Shown here in pieces: positions 44,338 through 53,600 of a stretch of 64,000 nucleotides of DNA. The DNA comes from Candidatus Heimdallarchaeota archaeon (GTDB lineage Archaea > Asgardarchaeota > Heimdallarchaeia > Hodarchaeales > Hodarchaeaceae): the NCBI GenBank assembly GCA_048881705.1, contig JBHLSH010000006.1:13233-77232 (forward strand), read 5' to 3'. Position numbers and translations under genes: made by a program. The notes beneath the pieces are model-generated. The model was not told where the DNA came from. It searched no databases and saw only the letters and a program-made list of their open reading frames with translations. Each line of letters begins with the position of its first letter. The stretch's first letter is position 1.

Positions 44338-44972
44338 TCGTTTATGCAGTTTATTTTATCCTGGAAGATGGCAGAACTATCCTCTCCGAAACTTACCAGA
44401 ATCCTGATAATATACCGAATGAGGTGTTATTTGGAGGATTGATTACGGCATTGCAGCATGTTGCAGCTGCCATGACACGAAATCAATCCGAAATGCGGAC
44501 GATAGAAATCGAAGGATTAAGTTACCATATCAGGTCCTTTGGTCTTATCAGGGTAATTCTCGTCACAAATTTTTCTCAATCCCCAGATGCAATCATCCAA
44601 ACGCTTGGGATGAGGTTCTTGAAGACCTATGGAGAACGTTTGTTGTCAAACGAGATCTTGCTTGATCTTAACATTTTCCTACCCTTCAAACAAGTGATTT
44701 CTGAAATTCTTGGCGAAGAAATCGTGGATGGATCGAAATCGATCGTTCCTAGCAAGGTCTTAACAACTGGCGAGATTTACAGTCTTCCTCATGAACTTCA
44801 GGACGCTGCTCTTGCCATGATTTCTCTCAAAGAGGCTGATATCGCAACAATTGCTACAGAATGTCAAACCACCCCTGATTTAGCTTCTAAAAAGTTACAA
44901 AGACTCCAAGAGCTAGGATATATTGGGAAAAAAGATATTGGTGGCCATGTGGTCTTTTTTTGCTCGATCTGA
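44334..44972 (+). CDS. Longin/roadblock-like N-terminal domain fused to a C-terminal winged-helix domain
   Basis: The TTG start overlaps the ATPase stop by 4 nt and has GGAGAGG upstream. N-terminal beta-beta-alpha-beta-beta-beta-alpha pattern ('VYAVYFILEDGRTILSE', 'LFGGLITALQHVAAAM', 'IEIEGLSYHIRSFGLIRVILVTN'). C-terminal 'IATIATECQTTPDLASKKLQRLQELGYIGKK'. Confidence 0.55.
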   Translation: MIVYAVYFILEDGRTILSETYQNPDNIPNEVLFGGLITALQHVAAAMTRNQSEMRTIEIEGLSYHIRSFGLIRVILVTNFSQSPDAIIQTLGMRFLKTYGERLLSNEILLDLNIFLPFKQVISEILGEEIVDGSKSIVPSKVLTTGEIYSLPHELQDAALAMISLKEADIATIATECQTTPDLASKKLQRLQELGYIGKKDIGGHVVFFCSI

Positions 44973-45070
44973 ACTCTAAACTTCCAAAAATGATGCTTTT
45001 TGCTCAAAATGATAATGTTCCTCGTATACGACATGCGATCCTGAAAACGATGTAGGAATATCCGAGGAAT

Positions 45071-46039
45071 TTAGTGAAACTTTGGACGTTGACGTTTGCT
45101 CCCCGTCCGTTCATGAACCAAATCATCCCTGAATCCTTCTTTTCCAATATACATAGATTCAGAAAAGAGCTCACATGGATAGATATCCATCGTTCGGTCT
45201 TTCAAAAACCCACGAAGGTGATTGGGCAGATAGCCCACGATATTGGTAATTATTTCCTCAACATCCACCCGCAGACGATAATTTCTACGGAAAAACCTGG
45301 TTATATTTATGAGATCTGCCCTAAGAAACCTTACAGCACTATCTATGCGTATTCGGATTGGGGTTTCGACAAAGGTTTTGCTGTTGTATTGAACAGACTG
45401 ACTTACATCCATCGTAACCAGTTTTCCCTCTGAATTCACCATTAAGTTGTGCTCGCTATAGTCTCCATGAATATATTTTCCATTGATAAATAAACGAGCC
45501 AGGATATCAATTGCTTCATCTAAGAAATCTCCAGGATCACCAAATGTTCGTAAATCGTAATCTTTGAGAAGAGGGGCAGGGTTATACGATCCTCTCTTTT
45601 CTGGAATGAACTCCATCACGATAATGTTGTCATTTAGAAAGTGAGGTTTTGGTGCAGGAACGTGTTTTACCATTTCGGACAGGTTCCAAAACTCTTGCTT
45701 GGCTGCCAGGCAGGCCATATCGTTAGGTAGCACATGCTTGGTTCCCCGAATTCGCTTCTTAATTGTGCTAGTAAAATACCGAAAAACCTTACCGCACGAT
45801 AACTGACCATTATGGTTCTCTGCTAAAAGGACAGTTGCTTCCTTTCCTCCTCCGATGACCGAAAGCACCTTCTTTATTTTTCCTGTTGCGAGCAGCTGCG
45901 CTTTAGCGTCCGCGATGCGGACCTCCTGCAGCTGCGTCCTTTGTACAGAAGAATGCCGGTATTCTTGCCGAAACGGCCCCGTTTTCTGATAACGCGAATA
46001 ACCTAATCTTTGATTATGATCAGAGGATATTAGAACCAC
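45071..46039 (-). CDS. RIO-type serine kinase (Rio1-like; no N-terminal wHTH seen)
   Basis: 'IGGGKEATVLLAE', catalytic loop 'IHGDYSEHNLMV' and metal-binding 'TMDVSQSV'. Uses a GTG start. Confidence 0.85.
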   Translation of the reverse strand: MVLISSDHNQRLGYSRYQKTGPFRQEYRHSSVQRTQLQEVRIADAKAQLLATGKIKKVLSVIGGGKEATVLLAENHNGQLSCGKVFRYFTSTIKKRIRGTKHVLPNDMACLAAKQEFWNLSEMVKHVPAPKPHFLNDNIIVMEFIPEKRGSYNPAPLLKDYDLRTFGDPGDFLDEAIDILARLFINGKYIHGDYSEHNLMVNSEGKLVTMDVSQSVQYNSKTFVETPIRIRIDSAVRFLRADLINITRFFRRNYRLRVDVEEIITNIVGYLPNHLRGFLKDRTMDIYPCELFSESMYIGKEGFRDDLVHERTGSKRQRPKFH

Positions 46040-46668
46040 CTGAAATTTAGATAACTCTTTTTAGGTTCACCTGTAAACCATTCACCTATAAAGAATGGTG
46101 AGGTTGTTTCACAAGATGTTAAATTGTGCTAGATTTAAAAATATTATTCTCTTATATGATCTATGATTCTGAAACGGGAGATCCTCTTATTACATCGAAA
46201 AACAACAAATTGGGGATCAATTCCAGTCTTTTATAAGCAGTTTTACCATCGAATGATACCCTAAGACCCCAGAAGGGCGTCTCTATTCGTGTTGGAATCT
46301 TATTTCGTGCGACTATAGGAATCCTGATCGGGTCCTATTGCGAAGAGAGCAAACCCTCATTCCGTAGATTGCGCCGAGACAAAATTAACTGACTAAAGCG
46401 ATCCAATCACGGTGTCTGACAACCCTTACGCACACAAATTCGTTCCCAATTATCTTTAATTCACTCATTGGTACTCAGGCACCTCCATTTAGTTGGATCA
46501 AAGCTACTTCTCAATGGGAGATCGGTTTCATTGAGATTGCGCCAGCCTCCCTTAAATTCCATAAATATCTTTCTATAATGGCGCGAAAGTATTGAATAAA
46601 CAGGCACCTTAGTGATTAATTCTCGAAACACTCAATCGGGGGAATCTCTTCTTTTCTCTTGCCCCTAT

Positions 46669-47775
46669 TTACCCCATAGCACAACGATTTGGACCAATTT
46701 CTAATTCCTGGATCTGATCAGGAGCTAAGAATAGTCGTCCACAATTTATTTGAACTATGGTTCTGTAAGACGGTGGTTTCTGGATTTTTTTAATACTATC
46801 AACCGCCCTAGTTACGAAGGTATCCTTTTCAGTTTTATGAACAGGATCCTGAGTAAAATCTTCTATGGTAGTAATAATCGGTTTATGGAAGTGATTCATG
46901 GCGAACTTGCCATGATGCGCCGCTGCGATAAATTCGTTTGCTGGTAGTTTTGCGATTGTTGTAGTTAAGGTGTGGAAAAGATCGCTAGCAAACTCTTCGA
47001 CCTTGTCCGCCAGATCTGGTCTACCGATGCCGTCAGCAAAGACTGTATCACCAGTAAATATACCCTGATGCTTTATTCGAATTGTTGTTGACCCTTTAGT
47101 ATGGCCAGGTGTATGCATTGCTGTAATAGAGTAGTTTCCAACTTGGATGGAATCATTATTTTCCATTGGAGTAAATTCGAAATCGAAAGGATCAAATGTG
47201 GAGAGACGGAGTTCTGCATCCATTTTGCTAGATAGCTCACGAGCTCCCGAAACATGATCTGCATGGCAATGAGTATCGAGAACGTGCGTAACTGTTAGCC
47301 CTTCATTGTCAATATGATCCATGTATGGCTGGATGTCATATACCGGGTCAATAACTACTGCTTCATCTTCATGCGAAATTATATAGGAAAGACATCCCTT
47401 GGCAATTCTTCGAAATTGTGTAACGCGAAGATTGGGCTCTTTCGTCGGAATTTCAACCGGGTCAAGAATACTACTCCACTCCTTGAGACCGCCGTGTAGA
47501 GACAGGGCACTTATCCCTTGGGAGCGAAGAATTTTCGCCGCCATGTTGGAATCATTACCTCGTGTACAGACAGTAATGATTTTTCTGTTCTTGAACTCGG
47601 CTCCAAGTTCTCGCTTCTCGAATAGCTCTCGGAGTGGTATATTTTTGCTGTCCAATAGGTTCCAGTCATAATAGGCCTGGGGAGATCTAACATCGATAAG
47701 AGCCAGATCTTCCTGCGCTTGGAGCCTATCGTGTAGTTCCTTGGCCGAGATTTCCAGGGATGGATTAAGATTCAT
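46669..47775 (-). CDS. Rhodanese domain fused to a metallo-beta-lactamase-fold hydrolase (persulfide dioxygenase-like)
   Basis: Rhodanese active-site loop 'VCTRGNDS'. MBL motifs 'LDTHCHADHVSG', 'HTPGHTKGS', 'FTGDTVF'. Confidence 0.85.
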   Translation of the reverse strand: MNLNPSLEISAKELHDRLQAQEDLALIDVRSPQAYYDWNLLDSKNIPLRELFEKRELGAEFKNRKIITVCTRGNDSNMAAKILRSQGISALSLHGGLKEWSSILDPVEIPTKEPNLRVTQFRRIAKGCLSYIISHEDEAVVIDPVYDIQPYMDHIDNEGLTVTHVLDTHCHADHVSGARELSSKMDAELRLSTFDPFDFEFTPMENNDSIQVGNYSITAMHTPGHTKGSTTIRIKHQGIFTGDTVFADGIGRPDLADKVEEFASDLFHTLTTTIAKLPANEFIAAAHHGKFAMNHFHKPIITTIEDFTQDPVHKTEKDTFVTRAVDSIKKIQKPPSYRTIVQINCGRLFLAPDQIQELEIGPNRCAMG

Positions 47776-47859
47776 ATGCTAAGGTCCGATTTTTTTTTTG
47801 TTAAAAGTTTCCTTTACCTAATCCAACATAAGTCATTAAAAGAAGCTATTATGGTGTTA

Positions 47860-50661
47860 TTAATCGCCATTACCTCCGTTTCCTCCGCCATTACCTCCTT
47901 CAATATCACCTTCAATTCCGCTTTTTCCCAGTATGTTTTTTATCTTGTTAACTCCTTTTTCCAGATAACCAGTCTTATTGCCTACATATAGCAGAACAGC
48001 GGCGCCGCCTCCAAGAACTACTGCGGTTGTTATCAATATCAAAAGGGGATCTGGGGGAGGTAGGGGAACCGAGGTAGTAAGAGGGGGTACAGTTTGGCGG
48101 GTATACAGCAATTCGACCGGTCCCACGGTTACATTCAGATCGTAGGAAGTAACCAATCCTATATCCATTGAAACTCGAAAATACAAATCGGAGGTATTAT
48201 GTTCGCCTATATATGACGTGTTAATAGTCTCTGGCTGGCTCTGAAGGCTGCCTGGTCTCAGTTCATTGGCTGTCGCCATGAAACTTCCGTTTGGATACAG
48301 TATATCCAGACCAAGACTCTCACCTGTTTGGTACGTTATTTCGACGATAATAGCTTGACCGGCGGGCACTTTAACAACAAAATAATCATCGTCCATGACT
48401 CGAATTACAAGTCCGGATTCCGTGTAGGAAACAGCTGTGTCTAGAACTTCATCGACGACGGTTATACGGGTGGCATCTTTTAAATTGTCATTATCTTCAT
48501 ATATGTCATCTGTTTCGCCTATACTGATTGTTAAATTGTAGTAATTAAAGGGCCCATCACTGTGGACAACTATGAAGTATTTCCCGCTGGATGGCGCCTG
48601 GAATGTAATTGATTCGTTCTGAACGGGCGAATGGGACTTAGCGGCTGAGGATTGATCGTCAAACAATAGATCTAGATCGATATCAGTGAGCCAATTGATT
48701 TGGCCAAATGGTTCCGGAAAATAGTCTAAACTAACATTAATTTCGTCTGTTGCAGCTAGATAAACATAAAACCAATCATCATCTTCCCGAATGATTAGAT
48801 TATCAAAAATTCCTTCAGCAATCGGGGCGGCTTCTCCAAAATCGTTATTTACTTCAAACCTATCGTCCTTAACGAATACTGTGACAGTCAAATTATAATC
48901 ACTAAATCCGTTGACTAATATACCATCAGCAAATACCCTAAAAATATAGTCGCCCGAAACTTGGACATTAAATTGTATGAATTCACTGTTTGAAGGATTT
49001 TGCTTAGACACCGCAATCGGCGGAAGGGCTTCGCCAAATATACCATATAACTCCATTTCAAGGTTTCCCAATGTGCCATCAAAGTCGATCTGAAGACTAA
49101 GATTGTCATTTTTCTGGAGAGGAATTCGGAACCAATCCGGGTCACCTTGGAGAGACACTAAACCAGCAAATGGATCGACGATGGTGGGTGCAAATGTATA
49201 GTTACTCGGACTCAAGTCGGTTGGATTTCCTGAGTTGTCGTTATCCTCCAAATCATCGTCCACTCCTCCTACATTCACCGTTAAATCGTAATACCTCGGA
49301 TATTGATTCGATGCTTCAACATGTATTAGATAGTTTGAATCGGAATCTGCCCGATGGGGGCCAATCCCGAGGCCGCTTTGACCGAAAGGTAATCCTGCGA
49401 CGGGCAGAGCAGCATCCAGTTCGGACTGAACAGACGAATTTTCATAAACTGTTAAGTTCATCTCGCTAATCAAAGCAGGATACCACTCGACCTGAACGAA
49501 GAGTCTTTCTTTCTGTTTTATCGTGACATTATACCAGTCACCATTGCTTTGAGAAATTACCATACCTGGAAGATAACGTCCACCAGGAGTGTCAATTTTC
49601 ACCGTGTTATTTCCACTTCTGCTACCGAAGTCAACTTCAATACCATCCTCGATATCTATGGTCAGATCATAGAAATTGGCCGTAGAAAGCCGTGTATTAT
49701 TAATGTTCAGGTAATACCAACCTGTATAGTTTGTCCGAAAGGTTAGCAGACTTGATGAGGAGGTACCTGGGTCAACAAATTGAACGAAAGGAGATGTCCC
49801 GTTTAGAGCGCTGGTTAAATTGAATATTCCGATATCTGGGCCACTTAGCTCAGCTCCTGAGGTATCAGTGTATGAATCTACCGTGATGGCGACTGCAGTG
49901 TCATTATAGAACCACAAGATATACCAATCATTATCACCGTACTCAGTGACCGTGTCACTCGAGAATCGAAGGTTTTTATACACACCTGGCACAATTTCAT
50001 CATCTGAAGCGCCGTCAGTAGGATCATCTAAAGAGGTCACCTCATCGTTGCTTTGGAGCCACTCCCATTGGTCATCATATATTATATGGAGATCGTAAAT
50101 CAATGAATAATCCAAGGTATCATAGCCAATCGGAGGTTTTACAACAGTTACATTGATTGTCCAGAGTTCAGGATTCGGGCCCACATTTGTCGTTATTGGC
50201 CCAATGGCCTCTTCACTACCGAATCCTTTGCTTTCTCCCAGAAGGGTTCCATTCTTAGCTCTGAGTTCCAGATCTATATCTCCCACAAAAGAAGGATGTT
50301 GCGTTAGGTTTACCTCGAGTCCACTAGAGATATTTAACGCCAAATACGGATTAAATTCGATAAGAACTTGAAAAAGGAATCCGCTATAAACCGTGAAATT
50401 GTAGAAGTCGGGACTTGTGGTATTAGCGACTAGGGAAGTGGCAGGAGGGTTTGAAATCGATTGACCCCCTAATGGATACGCTGTACCAGGAAAATCATTG
50501 CTTTGAGCTCCTCCTTCCCAAAGTGTATCACTTGGCCATTGCATTGGAGCGGCAGTTACACGATCTGGAAATAGACCACCAGACAGACCAAATTGGGTAA
50601 TCAGAAACAAAAGGAAGAGAAGGAGTCCAAATGGCTGCTTCGAACGTTGCCTCACAAACAT
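47860..50661 (-). CDS. Secreted surface protein built from six PPC-like (pre-peptidase C-terminal-type) beta-sandwich units. C-terminal TM helix and a Gly/Asn-rich tail.
   Basis: The signal-like 'MFVRQRSKQPFGLLLFLLFLITQFG' has GGTGG 8 nt upstream of the ATG at 50661 (the ORF track start is 50685). Six units each carry 'D.DWY/F' ('GDNDWYILWF', 'NGDWYNVTI', 'GDPDWFRIPL', 'EDDDWFYVYL', 'MDDDYFVVKV'). Each unit ends in 'Y(D/N)LT(V/I).(V/I)'. Confidence 0.7.
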   Translation of the reverse strand: MFVRQRSKQPFGLLLFLLFLITQFGLSGGLFPDRVTAAPMQWPSDTLWEGGAQSNDFPGTAYPLGGQSISNPPATSLVANTTSPDFYNFTVYSGFLFQVLIEFNPYLALNISSGLEVNLTQHPSFVGDIDLELRAKNGTLLGESKGFGSEEAIGPITTNVGPNPELWTINVTVVKPPIGYDTLDYSLIYDLHIIYDDQWEWLQSNDEVTSLDDPTDGASDDEIVPGVYKNLRFSSDTVTEYGDNDWYILWFYNDTAVAITVDSYTDTSGAELSGPDIGIFNLTSALNGTSPFVQFVDPGTSSSSLLTFRTNYTGWYYLNINNTRLSTANFYDLTIDIEDGIEVDFGSRSGNNTVKIDTPGGRYLPGMVISQSNGDWYNVTIKQKERLFVQVEWYPALISEMNLTVYENSSVQSELDAALPVAGLPFGQSGLGIGPHRADSDSNYLIHVEASNQYPRYYDLTVNVGGVDDDLEDNDNSGNPTDLSPSNYTFAPTIVDPFAGLVSLQGDPDWFRIPLQKNDNLSLQIDFDGTLGNLEMELYGIFGEALPPIAVSKQNPSNSEFIQFNVQVSGDYIFRVFADGILVNGFSDYNLTVTVFVKDDRFEVNNDFGEAAPIAEGIFDNLIIREDDDWFYVYLAATDEINVSLDYFPEPFGQINWLTDIDLDLLFDDQSSAAKSHSPVQNESITFQAPSSGKYFIVVHSDGPFNYYNLTISIGETDDIYEDNDNLKDATRITVVDEVLDTAVSYTESGLVIRVMDDDYFVVKVPAGQAIIVEITYQTGESLGLDILYPNGSFMATANELRPGSLQSQPETINTSYIGEHNTSDLYFRVSMDIGLVTSYDLNVTVGPVELLYTRQTVPPLTTSVPLPPPDPLLILITTAVVLGGGAAVLLYVGNKTGYLEKGVNKIKNILGKSGIEGDIEGGNGGGNGGNGD

Positions 50662-50678
50662 GCGTCGTACCACCGTTA

Positions 50679-53600
50679 TCACCATACTCCCTGTTTTTCT
50701 CGAACATGGAACTGGGCTTTCAGGCCCTCAATAGATACCAAAAGCCCAATCAACGGGAATATAACATCGTAGAAAGAAATCCACAAAAAAACTGACCTTT
50801 GATGTTCACTGAAGGGAATGATGAGTTCCTCATAGGATGAATAGGGATTATTAGCCCGTAAGACGACTACTTCGTTCTCATTTCCATGTAGAAAATGTAC
50901 CCAGCCATCTGCAGTTCCAACAGCCACATCGATAATCCCATCATTATTAAAATCTCCCATTGCCATACTACGGATTAGATAGGTTGGGATATAAGATACC
51001 CATTGAACTTCGCCAGAGGTGCCATCGAGAGCATAAATATTATCATGATTGAGAGCCAAAACATCAAGGGTTCCGTCATTATTCATATCTGAAATACGAT
51101 ATTCCTCTAGATAGAAGATAGAATGATCCTGGAATTCCCACCAGACCATGATGGTACCATTTGAAGTCATCGTCAGCGCATAATGCCTATCGCCAAATGA
51201 GCGTATAACAAGATCATCGTATCCATCACCCGTCAGATCGGCTGTGATCAGGTGGGAAAACCGGAAGGTCACATTTTCATGGAATGAACGGGTTGCGTTG
51301 ATATAATCCGCAGCAGTATTCGACCAATCTGTGCTATGGTAGGTAATAACTGTACCATTCCTAACAATAACTGCGATTTCCGGCAAAGGATTTGCTGTAA
51401 AGTCACCAACCGCGAAATCTTGAACCTTGGTCCAAAAACGGTTGAAAGGTGCAACTACACCAGAATCAACAGCTTTGTAGAACCATATCGCTTTTTCATG
51501 AATCGAAACTGCAATGTCCATAAGTCCGGTTCCTAAGAAGTCCGCAAACTGTATTTTGGTGAAAGGTCCAACAGGATTAATGGATTCCCAGATGATAGTC
51601 CCTTTTAATGTTACGGGATGTAGAGTCGTATTGTAGACAAGAATCCGTCCCTTAAACGGGTTAAACCAATACCCCATGCTTATGACTAGCTCCTCGGTGG
51701 TTCCATCATTATTTAAATCTGCGAACTTCATATCGTTAACGATTACCGGTCCGAGGTGATCCTTCCAGATGGGGAGGCCTGTTTCACCATTTATAGCGTA
51801 TATACGACCATTGAGGAGAACGACTATAACATCCGTATAACCATCCTGCATGAAAAAGTCATGGGTCACAAGATGTGTAATTGGAAGAGTCGTGCGATAT
51901 TTCCAAATTAAGTCCCCAGTTCGGCCATCTAGGGCAATTACATATCCCTGTGTATCGCCATAGACGATGTCATCTACTCCGTCCTTTGAGAAATCTCCAA
52001 CAGCCATATCAACCACGATCCCACGAGTCTTGAACGCCAGGGTATTGTTCTTCTGAATGGCCATTGACCGATAGCGTGTGGGCTCGTTGCGTACCCAGGT
52101 ACCCATTGCGACTCCATTGGCATTTTCTATTATACCCAACTCACCAAATTCACCAAAATTACCCGCTGCAACTGACATGATGCTTCCTTCATGTTCTACG
52201 AATAATAATGGTGTACCGTAACTACCATCAACCGCGGTCAAGGCGCCTGTATGCTTGAAACCTGGTTGATACTCGGTTAGGAACACAAAGTCATCAGGTT
52301 CACCATCTCGATCGATGTCAGCTTGTTTTATTTCGTTCGCATGAGTATCATGCATGAAATACTCCCAAAGAACGTCATTTATGGCCAAACCGCTTATCGT
52401 AACCAATTTGGTTGTTGGTCCACTCCCTATGAATGAGAAGTCATCCATACAGTACCAACTTTCCCAACCAGGCTGGCCTGGGGTTCCTGAAACTCTTACT
52501 TTATAAATCCGTCCCTTTGGATCATTTAATTCCACATAGGTGTTTGGTGTATTGCTGGGGAATGTGGTCAGCGTTAAAAGTTTACCATCCTCATCATATG
52601 CAAGCAACGTAAAGTTAAAACCGTAACCTATGCCCGTTGAGAACCACGCGGATACTTTTCGAGCTTTTTCCTTAATGATAATTGAATTATTGGCCTCTCC
52701 CGAGTACGCCACGATGTTCCCTGAATGTGCAACACGGAATCCAGCGGCCGAATAGGTATTCCAGCCATCAGTAATTATCGATGGGGATGTTTCGGAAAAT
52801 ATCAGTCCAAGGGAGTTATTTCTAATTCTCCCCAATGGAATCGATTCAAAAGTCTCAGTATGGTTGCCACCGTTTGTACGAATCTGAAACATTACGTCCA
52901 TGTATGTGTCTTGGTTGAAATCATATAGAATGGCGTCTTTATAATTTCCTATAGCTTCCGAGAATGTGTAATTTCCTAGAGCGACTGAGAAGTTGTTTCC
53001 GTTATAAACCGTGAGTGTACCCTCTTCAAGAATCAGGATGTCTGATGTATTATCTTGATTAACGTCTAGAATGGTACTAGTAAGGCCAAAACGTGAATGA
53101 GTAGTATTAAATTGATATAAAGGAGTACCATCGTACGAAAAAATGGCAACGGTACCATTCTGTGTGATAAGGCCACTCTGCATTTTTCGCGCCACGATGG
53201 CAAGGGTGTTATTCCCGCTAGCAATGTGTTCGGCTTTCCAAGAAGAATCGGGGAATGAAACATTGCTCCATATTGACGTGGCACCCGTTGATGGATTGGC
53301 TAGAAAGACTTGATGCTGGTTTGGTACCAGAATATCAGAGACGTTATTTGAATCTAAATCGACGAGATAAAGGCCTGTGTAATTATTCTGGTCAAATCCA
53401 GACAATATCATATCCGCCCGAATTTCAGTGCCTGTAGCACCATTGAGAACAAACAAACTCGAATCTCCCTGGGTATCATCATATATCAGAAAGATTGCGT
53501 CCTTAACCTCGTCACCATCCATATCCAGCGATTCCAGCGAAAGGATCCATGAGTTTTTGGAAACATAGCTTGAAAGATTATAGGTCCAGAGAATGGCACC

